NCBI GenBank assembly: GCA_044228505.1
Contig: JBGAUT010000016.1
Coordinates: forward strand, 43,387-107,386
DNA length: 64,000 nt
Direction of reading: 5' to 3'
Origin: Polyangia bacterium
Lineage (GTDB): Bacteria; Myxococcota_A; Polyangia; Palsa-1104; JAEUJZ01
Positions within the stretch are counted from its first letter, which is position 1. Every line of letters starts with the position of its first letter. Positions 47,450 to 57,454 of the stretch are shown in pieces. Below the pieces are notes generated by a model. It had not been told where the DNA came from, made no database searches, and was given only the letters and a program-made list of their open reading frames with translations. The translations under genes and the position numbers were made by a program.

Positions 47450-49342
47450 CTAGGCTTGGTGGTCCGGATCGAGCGGATCAGACGACTTTTGGTGTCGGTG
47501 ATTCTCTGACTGATCGTGGCCATGCCCGTGCGGATGGTCATGCCCGTGCGGATGGTCATGCCCGTGCGGATGGTCATGCCCGTGCGGATGGTCATGCCCG
47601 TGATCGAGCGAGTGGTCATGTGCGCTGCCCGGATCGAGAGAGAGCTGGCGAATGAAACCACGCGGTCCTTGCCGCAAAAACGAACTCACAAACAGCAGCA
47701 CCACGATCGCCAGACAGGCTGGATAGAGCACTCCTGGGTGATCGTGCCCTACATGAAACGGATAGCCTGGATGCGCGCCCACCACGCGGTTGGTCAGATA
47801 TCCCAGCAGCACGGTAATCGTCGCAATCGACAGTCCGTAGCCAATCGCGATCCGTCGTCCATGCAGCTTCGCCAATACCCCGTAGGTCGTTGCATTGGTC
47901 GCGGGGCCGGTCAGCAAAAACGCGATCGCTGCGCCGGGCGAGACTCCCTTATGAATCAGCACTGCGACCAGCGGAGTCGCCGAAGAGGCGCATACGTACA
48001 TCGGCATTCCCAACACCGCGAGCAGCGGCACATCCAGACCCGCCGGTAACGAGGTGACCCAGTCCATCCGCAGCAGTGGTTCGATCGCCGCCGCCACTCC
48101 CAGACCAATCACAATCCACGGGCCGGTGTGATCGACGGTCTCGACAAAGCCAAGTCGGAACGCCGCACGGAGCCGAGTTCTCATCGTGCCTTTCGGAGGC
48201 TCTTCGGTTGATTGCGGAGGAGCGCTCGGTGTGCTTTTTGTCATCATGCCACCGACGAGGACTCCCACTCCGATCGCAACGATGGTGGCGCAGACAATGC
48301 GAGCAATCGTGAGCGGCAGTCCGAGCAGCGGAAACGACAGCAGCACCGCATCGACACCCAGCTCCGGCGCAGCCACCAAAAACGCCATTGCTGCGGCAGA
48401 CGGTACGCCGCGTGCAATGAGGCTGCGATACACCGGCAGGACTCCACAGGAGCAAATTGGAAGCGGGAGTCCGAACACCACGCCGCGAAGGGCCTGAGTG
48501 ATGGGCCGCCCCCGTCCCATCCACGCCACTCCCGCCGATGGAAGAAAGACCCCAATCAAGCCAGCCGAGGCATAGGCAATCAGCAGCGCGGGCGCACTTT
48601 CTACAGCGAGCAGCGTCAACGTCCTTGCCATGCTGGCTTCGCCCATTCGGCTGGTCGGCAGCAGCTCACTGTGCAGCAGAGCCAGCAGTCCGATCGCTGC
48701 CAGGCCCCCAATTCCTTCAAACACCACATGATTGCCGCGGCCGCCCTGCTGCTCGTGGACCACCACATGAAGCAGCGCTCCTGCCACCAGGCTCTGGAAG
48801 ATACCGATTCCGACGCCTCCGCTATGCTCAAACAGCTCGGTCGAGAGTCCGTAACCGAGCGCTGTCGAGCCAGCAATAAACACCAGGCCGACCACGCTCC
48901 AACTGGTTCCCAGTCGCCTCAGCAGCCACCACACCGACAGGCCGACCGGAATGCGATGGAGCACGATCGCCAGCGGCAACAGGGCATCGGCCGCATGATC
49001 GTGATCACCTCGCCCCATGGCCAGCGCGAGTCCATCCAGGAACTCGTGCATGGCTAGCCCCAATAGCCCAAGCACCACCGCGACTTTGTGCGCACGTCGA
49101 CCTCCGACATGCTGCATGCGTTCGATTTGTCGGACGGCCAAGTAACCCGCAATCGCGATGGGCAAGGTCGGCCATCCCGCCGCCGAGTAGGCCGCTGGAA
49201 TCAGTCGCCCCAAGATGATGCCCACCACCAGCAGCAGCACAAAACCATCGAGCGCGGCCATCGCCGCCTTGGCCCACCGGAGCGACCTTTGCAAAAGCGG
49301 CCCCAAAAAAAGCGCCACCGTCGATAAAAGTAGCAGCTTCAT
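47450..49342 (-). CDS. metal-ion transporter: ZIP-like N-terminal half fused to a YraQ/ArsP-like permease half, with His-rich (HGHDHP)n C-terminal tail
   Basis: HEFLDGLALAM and HRIPVGLS (ZIP-like metal-binding helices), PICSCGVLPVY (the CxC motif of permease family 2), and a C-terminal HDHSLDHGHDHPHGHDHPHGHDHPHGHDHPHGHGHD. Confidence 0.55.
   Translation of the reverse strand: MKLLLLSTVALFLGPLLQRSLRWAKAAMAALDGFVLLLVVGIILGRLIPAAYSAAGWPTLPIAIAGYLAVRQIERMQHVGGRRAHKVAVVLGLLGLAMHEFLDGLALAMGRGDHDHAADALLPLAIVLHRIPVGLSVWWLLRRLGTSWSVVGLVFIAGSTALGYGLSTELFEHSGGVGIGIFQSLVAGALLHVVVHEQQGGRGNHVVFEGIGGLAAIGLLALLHSELLPTSRMGEASMARTLTLLAVESAPALLIAYASAGLIGVFLPSAGVAWMGRGRPITQALRGVVFGLPLPICSCGVLPVYRSLIARGVPSAAAMAFLVAAPELGVDAVLLSFPLLGLPLTIARIVCATIVAIGVGVLVGGMMTKSTPSAPPQSTEEPPKGTMRTRLRAAFRLGFVETVDHTGPWIVIGLGVAAAIEPLLRMDWVTSLPAGLDVPLLAVLGMPMYVCASSATPLVAVLIHKGVSPGAAIAFLLTGPATNATTYGVLAKLHGRRIAIGYGLSIATITVLLGYLTNRVVGAHPGYPFHVGHDHPGVLYPACLAIVVLLFVSSFLRQGPRGFIRQLSLDPGSAHDHSLDHGHDHPHGHDHPHGHDHPHGHDHPHGHGHDQSENHRHQKSSDPLDPDHQA
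47520..47601. repeat. 18-bp tandem repeat (CATGCCCGTGCGGATGGT), about 4.5 copies, encoding the (HGHDHP)n tail
   Basis: Perfect tandem units readable directly in the sequence. Confidence 0.85.
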
Positions 49343-49400
49343 AGATTCCTAACCGTCTGGCAGTTTGAGCTCGGGCCCATCACGACGCACCGAAAGGTAA

Positions 49401-50840
49401 ATGGACAGCCCCGCAAGATGCAACGTGAATGCGAGCGGCGATAAGTGTATCGCTGTCAGCGAAAGGGCTTGGCTTTGCTACCGGTTTGGATACTTTCTTT
49501 CGGTGCCAAATAGCGAAGCGAACTCTGAAAAGCGTCAGCTCACCCTGATCGACTGCTTGGGAATTGGCATCAATGGGATCGTTGGCTCTGGAATTTTTCT
49601 TTTGCCTGCGGTGCTCTGGCGAAAGGCTGGCTCACAGGCCCCTTGGGCATGGTTTGTCGCCGGTGGTCTATGTTGCTTGGTGGCTTTGGTCTTCGCCGAA
49701 GCCGCGGGTCGCACCGACCGTTCCGGAGGCCCTTATCGCTATGCCTGTGATGCGTTCGGACCTTACGTTGGCTTTGCCGTTGGTTGGGTTACCTTGGTCA
49801 GCGTCTTGCTCGGTTATTCCGCAGTGGCACGAGGCTTTGGCACGACGGCGGCGCAAATCTGTCACGACGTGCTTGGGGTGCAGCTTGGCAATGGAGGCGT
49901 GGTCGCGATCTCATGCCTAGTGGTGATTGTTCTATCGATTGTGAACATCCTGGGCGTTCGCAGCTCGGCTCATACCAGTGATGTCATCTCGGCGGTGAAA
50001 CTGCTCAGCTTGTTTGGGTTTATTGCCGTCGGTTTGTTTTTCGTAAAGCTTGGCAACATCAGCCAACCTCCAGCCCCCGCACCGGGTGAAACGACGGGAA
50101 TCTTGGCAGCGGCGTTTGCGGGCCTGTTTGCGACCACCGGCTTCGAGTTCATTCCGGTTCCTGCCGGTGAAGCGAAGAACCCACGGCGGACGGTGCCGCT
50201 CGCGATGGTGGTGAGCGTGCTGGTGACCACCTGCTTATACGCGCTGGTGCAGCTTGTGGCGACAGGACTGCATCCAAACCTGGGTGGCTCAGAGACGCCG
50301 CTGGCCGATGCGGTCGCGCAGTTTGCTGGTTCACGGGGTCGCGAGCTGATGAACGTGGCCGGCCTCATCTCGATGTTTGGGTTCTGTGCGGGCAGCGCGC
50401 TCGTCGGGCCTCGCTATCTGGAGTCGTTTGCGGAGGATCGCTTTGTGCCGACGATCTTTGCGTATCGACCGCCGAAGTTGGGCTCACCGGTGTGGTCGGT
50501 GGTGCTGCTGTCGGTATTGGTGATGCTGTTTCTGATGCTCGGGCTCGAGTTCAAGCAGCTTGCCGATATCTCGAACGTCGCCGTGGTGGTGCAGTACATC
50601 GCAACTTGTGTGGCTGTGATGCTCATGCGCCGTCGGGGAGCGGCACCGAAGGATGCGTTCGTCAACCCGGCGGGGCCGCTGGTTCCACTGCTCGCGCTGT
50701 TTGGCTGCGCGGTCTTCTTGCTAGGGGTTGCGATGAGTCCAGATGGGGTAAGTGCGCTGAAGTGGGCGGCGATTCTCATCGCAGTGGGCTTGCTCCTGGG
50801 CTCAGGGTTTCGGAAAATGATGCTTTCCACCCGTCGCTAA
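49401..50840 (+). CDS. APC-superfamily amino acid permease
   Basis: 12-TM architecture with the N-terminal GIGINGIVGSGIFLLPA amino-acid permease signature. The start is uncertain; an in-frame GTG at 49503 is plausible. Confidence 0.75.
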   Translation: MDSPARCNVNASGDKCIAVSERAWLCYRFGYFLSVPNSEANSEKRQLTLIDCLGIGINGIVGSGIFLLPAVLWRKAGSQAPWAWFVAGGLCCLVALVFAEAAGRTDRSGGPYRYACDAFGPYVGFAVGWVTLVSVLLGYSAVARGFGTTAAQICHDVLGVQLGNGGVVAISCLVVIVLSIVNILGVRSSAHTSDVISAVKLLSLFGFIAVGLFFVKLGNISQPPAPAPGETTGILAAAFAGLFATTGFEFIPVPAGEAKNPRRTVPLAMVVSVLVTTCLYALVQLVATGLHPNLGGSETPLADAVAQFAGSRGRELMNVAGLISMFGFCAGSALVGPRYLESFAEDRFVPTIFAYRPPKLGSPVWSVVLLSVLVMLFLMLGLEFKQLADISNVAVVVQYIATCVAVMLMRRRGAAPKDAFVNPAGPLVPLLALFGCAVFLLGVAMSPDGVSALKWAAILIAVGLLLGSGFRKMMLSTRR

Positions 50841-50853
50841 GGAGGGCTGCGGG

Positions 50854-51642
50854 ATGAGTGGGGGGCACAGCTTGCGGGTCGGTCAGCGCTCGTCCATCGG
50901 GAAGCTGATCCTTTTGCCGGAAGCTGACCTGCTCGGTCTGGCCACGGCTCTCGTCGAGTCATCTGCCCATGGGGCGATCGCGGTTGCGCCCCTACCTGAG
51001 TCATTGCTAGCGACGCTGAGACAGCGTCTTCTTCGCCCCGCGACCGTGCGAAAGCCACTTCATCCGCTGCTCCCGGCGCACTGCCCGATATTTGACCATG
51101 AGGTCTGTGACTATCGAGAAAAGGGGCTCACCGTGGCCTTGGTGGCAGACTGGGCGGCCAGTCTGGGTCTACCCTCTCGGCATGTGTTAGCACTCGAACA
51201 AGCGGTCGATGAGCTGTTGCTCAACGCGCTCTACGATGCGCCTCGTGATGAGCAGGGGCAGCCACGGTATGCGGCAGTACTTCCGTCGGAGCGGGTGCTT
51301 CTGCGGGCATTGCCAGGCGAGTCGGCACGAGTTCGTTTTGCCACTGACGGTGTGCGTCTGGCGGTGGGCGTGTCGGATAGGATGGGCAGGCTGCGTCGGC
51401 GAACCGTGCTCGATTACCTGATTCGCTGTGCGACGGCTCAGCAGCGGCACCAAAGTCCGCTGGAAGACAAAAAATCTGGCGCGGGAGTCGGCCTGTTTTT
51501 GACCGCCAGCGCAGCGAGCGAGCTTATCTTTCGGTTGCGTAGCGGGCGGTTGACGGAGATCGTGTTCTGTCAGTATCTCAGTCGGCCGAGGCCACTGCGG
51601 GTGCTGGTGGTCGATGACGATGCGATGGAGCCAAACCGATGA
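50854..51642 (+). CDS. hypothetical protein, translationally coupled to hemN
   Basis: 262-aa ORF overlapping the hemN start by 4 bp; no clear motif. Confidence 0.4.
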   Translation: MSGGHSLRVGQRSSIGKLILLPEADLLGLATALVESSAHGAIAVAPLPESLLATLRQRLLRPATVRKPLHPLLPAHCPIFDHEVCDYREKGLTVALVADWAASLGLPSRHVLALEQAVDELLLNALYDAPRDEQGQPRYAAVLPSERVLLRALPGESARVRFATDGVRLAVGVSDRMGRLRRRTVLDYLIRCATAQQRHQSPLEDKKSGAGVGLFLTASAASELIFRLRSGRLTEIVFCQYLSRPRPLRVLVVDDDAMEPNR

Positions 51643-53006
51643 CCGCAACGCTGCTGCATCCCAACCTGCTGGAGCGCTACGGCAGTGTGCCGCTGCCTCG
51701 ATATACCAGCTATCCACCGGCCAACCTGTGGGGAGGGCGCGACCAAACACTGGCCCAAGAGGCCCTGTCCACCGTTGGTAGCCGTCCACTGTCGCTGTAC
51801 GTTCACGTGCCGTTTTGTCGCAAGCTGTGTCTGTACTGCGGCTGCAACATGCTGGTTACGCGCAGCCAGGATCTGGTCGAGCGCTACCTGCACGCCCTGG
51901 ATGCAGAGGTCGCCCGTGTCGCCGCCTGTCTCCCCGAACGGTCTGAGGTGGTGCAGGTTCATCTGGGCGGAGGCACCCCCACCTATCTGGACGAAGCGCA
52001 GCTCTCGCGGTTGTGGCAATCGCTCGCGAGCCGCTTTCACATTCCACGCGGCATCGAGGCCTCGATCGAGATCCATCCTCCGGTGACGAGCCATGCGCAG
52101 ATGCAGCGACTTGCCGAGCTGGGCTTTGTTCGCGTGTCGATGGGGGTGCAGGACTTCGATCCCATCGTCCAAAAGCGAGTGAATCGGATTCAGCCGTTCG
52201 AGCAGACCCGCGATTTGGTGCTGCTCGCCCGTCAGCTCGGATTTGTCAGCGTCAACATTGATTTGATGTATGGGTTGCCACTGCAAACGGTCGAGCGGTT
52301 TTCCATGACCCTCGACCGCGTCGCGGAGCTGCGTCCGGACCGCGTTGCCCTGTTTGGATATGCGCATATGCCCGCGCTGCGGAAGCATCAGTCGGTGTTT
52401 CGCAGCGAGGAGCTACCGGATGCCACCACTCGTGCCGCCCTCTTTGAGCTGGCGCTGACCCGGCTGCTTGCAATCGGCTATGTTTACGTCGGGCTCGACC
52501 ACTTTGTGTTGCCAGAGGATGAACTGCTCGTTGCTCGCCACAAAGGGGAGCTGCGCCGCAACTTCATGGGCTACACCACCTGCAAGTCGAGCGATGTGCT
52601 GGCGTTTGGTCCGTCGTCGATCTCCGAGATTGGTCGGCACTACGTACAGAACGAGCGAGAGGTCGCAGCCTATTGCGAACGGGTCGAGTCCGGGGTGCTG
52701 CCGGTGGTGCGCGGTTACTCGCTCACCAGCGATGATCTGATTCGCCGCGATCTCATCATGCAGCTTCTGTGCAACTTGGTGATCGATACGGCTGACTTTT
52801 CGATGCGCCACGGGATTGATTTCGAGTCCTACTTCGCGAGCGAACTACGGCTGCTGCAGCCACTTATCAATGACGGTCTGTGCGGCTGGGACGCTGGCAA
52901 GCTACGGATATTGCTTCCGGGTCAGCTTCTGCTTCGAACGGTGGCTGCCATCTTTGATGCGACGCTTCATCAGCCCGCACCACGCCATCACGCAGCGGCG
53001 GTGTGA
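51639..53006 (+). CDS. hemN: oxygen-independent coproporphyrinogen III oxidase (radical SAM HemN family)
   Basis: YVHVPFCRKLCLYCGC (the CxxxCxxC cluster in the HemN context) and the HemN C-terminal domain. Confidence 0.85.
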   Translation: MTATLLHPNLLERYGSVPLPRYTSYPPANLWGGRDQTLAQEALSTVGSRPLSLYVHVPFCRKLCLYCGCNMLVTRSQDLVERYLHALDAEVARVAACLPERSEVVQVHLGGGTPTYLDEAQLSRLWQSLASRFHIPRGIEASIEIHPPVTSHAQMQRLAELGFVRVSMGVQDFDPIVQKRVNRIQPFEQTRDLVLLARQLGFVSVNIDLMYGLPLQTVERFSMTLDRVAELRPDRVALFGYAHMPALRKHQSVFRSEELPDATTRAALFELALTRLLAIGYVYVGLDHFVLPEDELLVARHKGELRRNFMGYTTCKSSDVLAFGPSSISEIGRHYVQNEREVAAYCERVESGVLPVVRGYSLTSDDLIRRDLIMQLLCNLVIDTADFSMRHGIDFESYFASELRLLQPLINDGLCGWDAGKLRILLPGQLLLRTVAAIFDATLHQPAPRHHAAAV

Positions 53007-53057
53007 GCCGATTCCTAACCGATTCCTAACCGATTCTCCCAAAGGAGCCCGAAACAG

Positions 53058-53477
53058 ATGCTGTGGATCAAAGCGCTGCACGTCATCATGGTCATTAGCT
53101 GGATGGCCGGTCTGCTCTACCTGTACCGGCTGTTTGTCTATCACGCGATGGAAACAGAGGCCGTCGTTCGTGAACGCTTTCAGGTGATGGAGCGCAAGCT
53201 CCTGCGCGGCATTGCTCATCCATCGGGTGCGCTTTCGCTGATTACTGGGATCACGATGCTGGTGATGAATCCCGGCTATCTGAAGATGCCATGGATGCAC
53301 GTCAAGCTCACGTTGGTGCTGGGGCTCCTGGTCAGCCATGGACAAGGGATGTACTACCGGCAGCGTCTCATCACCGAACCTACCGCGTACTCGCATAAGA
53401 AGTTTCGCCTGCTGAACGAGGTGCCGACGTTGCTGATGATCGGTATCGTGATCATGGTGATCGTCCGGCCTTTCTAA
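53058..53477 (+). CDS. hemJ: protoporphyrinogen IX oxidase HemJ (UPF0093/CopD-like family)
   Basis: MLWIKALHVIMVISWMAGLLYLYRLFVYHA is the characteristic HemJ N-terminus. About 140 aa with 4 TM helices. Confidence 0.8.
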   Translation: MLWIKALHVIMVISWMAGLLYLYRLFVYHAMETEAVVRERFQVMERKLLRGIAHPSGALSLITGITMLVMNPGYLKMPWMHVKLTLVLGLLVSHGQGMYYRQRLITEPTAYSHKKFRLLNEVPTLLMIGIVIMVIVRPF

Positions 53478-53616
53478 GTGGCGGCGACTTTCCCATCACG
53501 AACCAACGCCAAAGACATATGAGTCATGCAGGATGACTAATATCCTGCACCATCCAACTGGCCCCATTGCCGAGACGCGGACAGGCTGGTAGCAAAACGA
53601 CCATCAGGGGACTGTT

Positions 53617-54021
53617 TCAATCGGGCAGGTGGAATCCGAATGCCTTGTTGTGTACATAGACGAGCTTGCAGTCCTCGATGTACTTGGCGTCGTGGATTCG
53701 ACCAGCGCGGACATAGCCGACTTCCCCTTTGTGAAGGAAGATCCGCTCGCCATCCGGAACCAGTCCACCCGCTTCCTTGCGGTAGAATTGGATCGACATC
53801 TTTCCTTCCACAACCACCGTCATGTCGTCGCCTGGGTGCGAGTGGGGAGGCTCTTCGGTGCCTGGTCGCCAGCGTTCAAGCATCACTTCGACGCCATCTG
53901 GATTCGCTGGGTAGCAGGTGCGAACGGTGAAACCTTCGGGGGTTCCGGGTACGGGCACATGACTACTCCATACGTCGCTTGTCTCCGAGGTCACATTTGA
54001 ATTTACGCGATCAGCAGACAT
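53617..54021 (-). CDS. cupin domain protein
   Basis: HSHPGDDMTVVVEGK...G.IHDAKY, a two-His cupin motif. Starts MSADRVNS. Confidence 0.6.
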   Translation of the reverse strand: MSADRVNSNVTSETSDVWSSHVPVPGTPEGFTVRTCYPANPDGVEVMLERWRPGTEEPPHSHPGDDMTVVVEGKMSIQFYRKEAGGLVPDGERIFLHKGEVGYVRAGRIHDAKYIEDCKLVYVHNKAFGFHLPD

Positions 54022-54224
54022 GGTCTTACTCCTCATCCAACGAGGTGGTGCGGTTTCGACCAGGAGACTCCTACAGGTCAAGGGCGCGAAATGCAAGGGG
54101 CGTGGGATTGTGAACCTTCAGACCGTGCGAATGTGCTAGTTGGATGGCAGGATCGAGCACAGGCCGGACCGGCCCATCAGAAACCGCACGCACGACGGAC
54201 TCGATCCGAACCACCAAGTGACAG

Positions 54225-56606
54225 ATGGCCAAACGAAGTCCTGATAAACACTCCTCGCGCAGTGGCCTGCTCCTGCCTGGACAGTCGCGGCGGGCGGCTC
54301 GTATCTATCGCGTGGTACGCACCATCGTACTGCTGATGCTGCTGGCGGGCTGCGTAGCCGTGACGGCAGTGGCCAGTGTGTTCCTGTATTACACCTCGGA
54401 CCCTTCGCTGCCGACCATCGATCGGATCGCGGACTACCGGCCCAAGGTGACCACCCGTGTGCTCGCCGCTGATGGTCAGTTGATCGGTGAGCTGTTTGAG
54501 GAGCGCCGTACTGTCGTTCCGTACGATCGTCTGCCGCGAGTGGTGATTGATGCCTTTGTCGATGCCGAGGACGCGCAGTTTTTTGAGCACCACGGCGTAA
54601 ACTACATCGGCATGGTGCGGGCCGTGCTCCAGAGCCTGGTGCAGGCTCGGCATTTGCGCGGTGCCTCGACGCTGACCCAGCAGCTCGTGAAGACCTATGT
54701 CCTCAAGAGCAGCGAGCGGAGCCTCAAGCGCAAAGTGCAGGAGATGTACCTGGCGCTGCGGCTCGAAAAAAAGCTGTCCAAGGACGAAATCCTGTGGCTG
54801 TACCTGTCGCAGATCTACTTTGGGCATGGGCGCTACGGGATCGAGGAGGCGACTCGTTTCTACTTTGGGAAGTCGGTCAGCGATGTCAACGCGGGGGAAG
54901 CAGCGCTGTTGGCTTCGCTGCCGAAAGGTCCGGAGGAGATCTCTCCGCGACGGAACCCAGACCGAGCCAAGCTGCGTCAGCGCTATGTGCTTTCACAGAT
55001 GGCGCGCTATCACCACCTCACCGATGCCGAGGCGGTCAAGTTTGCCGAGGCCCCCATCCAACTGGTCAAAGAGCCGCTTCCGATGGGCACGCTGGCACCC
55101 GAGTTTACCGAGGAAGTGGAAAAGCTGCTGGTGGAGCGTTTTGGGGCGGAGCGGCTACCGTTTCTGGGTCTGAACGTGCGCACGAGCTGTAACCTCGATG
55201 TGCAGCGAGCAGCGCGGGCGGCACTCGAGCAGGGACTGCAACGGATTGACGAGCGCAACGGCTTTCGCAAGGGTCGCAAGATGGATCCAGCGGCGCGAAC
55301 GGCTCACTTGGCGCAGCTCAAGAAAGACTTTCCGTCGGGTCCACCGGTAGGACGAGGCATCGATGGCGTGGTCACCAAAGTGCTGGACGGTGAAAAAGGG
55401 AACGGCTGGGCGATGGTGGATCTAGGCGCGGTGGTGGGCTCGCTGCCGCTACCGCAGACCGGAGATCGCTATAACCCGACGGGACTCTCGGCAACCAAGC
55501 GCTTCTTTGAAGGTGACATCGTTCGTGTTCATATCGGTCGGATGGCCAAGGAGGGTCCGATCCTCGTGCTCGATGCCGGACCTCAAGGTGCTGTGGCTGT
55601 CATCGATCCGGAGACCCGCAATGTGCTTGCGATGATTGGTGGTTATGGCTACCTGCGCGGCAGCTACAACCGGGTGCTGCGGGCCAAGCGACAGCCCGGA
55701 TCGGCGTTCAAGCCGTTCGTGTTTGCGACCGCGCTCGAGTCACGCAAGTACACCGCCGCGAGCATCCTGAACGATTCGCCGCAGGTGTACGACCTGCCAG
55801 ATCTGAAGTCATGGGCACCGAAGAACGCGGGCGCGCACAACACCAACTTTATGGGTCCGGTGCGGCTGCGGGTGGCGCTGGCCCAGTCGCTCAATACGGT
55901 TGCCTCGCAGCTTATCTATGAGCTAAAGCCCGCTCCGGTGGCAGCGATGGCCAAGTCGCTTGGCATCGAGTCGTCGCTGGAACAGACCTATGCGCTGGGG
56001 CTCGGTGCCTCGGTGGTGACGCCGCTAGAGCTAACCAACGCGTATGCGACGCTGGCGGCCAAGGGTCGGCTCGGTGAGCCGCAGTGGATCGTACAGGTCG
56101 GAAGCGAACCGCCCATCCTCACTGAGCTGCATCAAGCGGTGTCCGCAGACCTGGCCTTTGTGATGAGTCACGTTCTACAGAGCGTGATCGAGGAAGGCAC
56201 CGCAGTGTCGATCAAGGGCAAGCTCAAGCGACCGGCGGCTGGCAAGACCGGCACCACCAACGCGAACCGCGATGCATGGTTTGTCGGCTATACACCGGAC
56301 ATGGTCGCGGGCGTGTGGGTCGGCTTCGATGACTCGCGGCCCTTAGGGGAAAAAGAGCAAGGTGCGCGCTCGGCGCTGCCGATCTGGCTCGATGTCATGC
56401 AAGCCGCACTGCGGGACCGGCGGATTCAGAACTTCGTACAGCCGGCAGGAGTCGTCGTCCAGAGCATCGATCCCGTCACTGGCATGCTTCCCGCACCGCT
56501 GGCACCCAGCATCGAAGAAGTCTTCCTGTCCGGCACCGAACCCACCGAGCAGGCCCCGGTGCCCGGTGAGACCTCTACCGCCACCTGGAACATGAACCAG
56601 GACTAG
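54225..56606 (+). CDS. mrcA: penicillin-binding protein 1A (bifunctional glycosyltransferase/transpeptidase)
   Basis: N-terminal TM helix. GT51 motifs DAFVDAEDAQFFEHHGVNY and RGASTLTQQLVK. Transpeptidase motifs SAFKPF (SxxK), SLN (SxN) and KTGTTN. Confidence 0.9.
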   Translation: MAKRSPDKHSSRSGLLLPGQSRRAARIYRVVRTIVLLMLLAGCVAVTAVASVFLYYTSDPSLPTIDRIADYRPKVTTRVLAADGQLIGELFEERRTVVPYDRLPRVVIDAFVDAEDAQFFEHHGVNYIGMVRAVLQSLVQARHLRGASTLTQQLVKTYVLKSSERSLKRKVQEMYLALRLEKKLSKDEILWLYLSQIYFGHGRYGIEEATRFYFGKSVSDVNAGEAALLASLPKGPEEISPRRNPDRAKLRQRYVLSQMARYHHLTDAEAVKFAEAPIQLVKEPLPMGTLAPEFTEEVEKLLVERFGAERLPFLGLNVRTSCNLDVQRAARAALEQGLQRIDERNGFRKGRKMDPAARTAHLAQLKKDFPSGPPVGRGIDGVVTKVLDGEKGNGWAMVDLGAVVGSLPLPQTGDRYNPTGLSATKRFFEGDIVRVHIGRMAKEGPILVLDAGPQGAVAVIDPETRNVLAMIGGYGYLRGSYNRVLRAKRQPGSAFKPFVFATALESRKYTAASILNDSPQVYDLPDLKSWAPKNAGAHNTNFMGPVRLRVALAQSLNTVASQLIYELKPAPVAAMAKSLGIESSLEQTYALGLGASVVTPLELTNAYATLAAKGRLGEPQWIVQVGSEPPILTELHQAVSADLAFVMSHVLQSVIEEGTAVSIKGKLKRPAAGKTGTTNANRDAWFVGYTPDMVAGVWVGFDDSRPLGEKEQGARSALPIWLDVMQAALRDRRIQNFVQPAGVVVQSIDPVTGMLPAPLAPSIEEVFLSGTEPTEQAPVPGETSTATWNMNQD

Positions 56607-56669
56607 CGCTGGTTCGCTGCCTCCGCTGTGGTTGAATCCGACAGTGATCGAATCTGAGCAGAGTCGGGC

Positions 56670-57035
56670 TTAGGTTCGCACTTCGAGAAGCAGGTCGCCG
56701 TGACTGAGGGCGCGGACGGCATCGCTCGTCATCTTCTGCCATCCAATCTGCGGATCGAAGTAGAGGCTCTGCCGTACTTTCTGGCGGTGAGCATCGCGGA
56801 GGAAGTGGACGATTACCGTAATGGCTGAGGAGTTTAGGAAAGTCAGCGACTTAAAATCCATCGCGATGGAACAGTTCCGCTCACTGACCGCTTCCAGCAC
56901 CTTGCGAAGGAACGGGCCCAGAATTCTCTGCGGATAGCGTTCGGCGCAGCGGCCACTCCACTTGAGTAGCACGCCCCCGGAGTCCGGCTGATCGAGTACT
57001 TCGATCGTCAGGTGCTCGGTGACTAGGCCTTCCAT
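56670..57035 (-). CDS. DUF1987 (SiaC-like) partner-switching protein
   Basis: LKWSGRCAERYPQRILGPFL...FKSLTFLNSSAITVIVHFL resembles the SiaC/DUF1987 pattern (SG.S.PE...F...YxNSSS). Confidence 0.5.
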   Translation of the reverse strand: MEGLVTEHLTIEVLDQPDSGGVLLKWSGRCAERYPQRILGPFLRKVLEAVSERNCSIAMDFKSLTFLNSSAITVIVHFLRDAHRQKVRQSLYFDPQIGWQKMTSDAVRALSHGDLLLEVRT

Positions 57036-57454
57036 GACCGTCTTCCTGAGTCGGCCACGTCAGACTCTGGCGATGTGTTGCGGCTATCGATGTTCAGCAT
57101 GCTTCCTCCAAACACACTCAGGGTCGGAATTCCGACTCGCTGCCACTGATGTGTCATGTTGGTGAGCATCAGCAGCTTGTACGATGCACGCGGCGGGCCT
57201 TTCAGCAGTCGAAGCAGAAGCACCAGATTTCGCCAGCCCTCGGCGTTGGCGTAGGACAGAGCGCGCAGATCCAGCACCAGCTCATCGAGGCGGACGCGCT
57301 GCGCTTCTTCATGGATCGACACCAGCAGATCCTGTAGCCACGGCTCTTCGCCAGTCTCCCGAAAGACTCCGCTGATGCGGACGACATTCCCAGGGGACAG
57401 CCCGACCTCGACCACCGTGCTGCCACGACAGACCTTGCGAGTGGCGAGGATCAT
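57023..57454 (-). CDS. second DUF1987 (SiaC-like) protein, tandem paralogue
   Basis: VRISGVFRETGEEPWLQDLL...LRALSYANAEGWRNLVLLL; overlaps the neighbouring genes by 13 bp and 4 bp. Confidence 0.45.
   Translation of the reverse strand: MILATRKVCRGSTVVEVGLSPGNVVRISGVFRETGEEPWLQDLLVSIHEEAQRVRLDELVLDLRALSYANAEGWRNLVLLLRLLKGPPRASYKLLMLTNMTHQWQRVGIPTLSVFGGSMLNIDSRNTSPESDVADSGRRSWKA

Noticed and set aside
53560-53590. Inverted repeat GCAGGAT-N7-ATCCTGC between convergent hemJ and the cupin gene
   Set aside because: It has a short stem and no downstream T-tract, so it is not convincing as an intrinsic terminator. Noted only.
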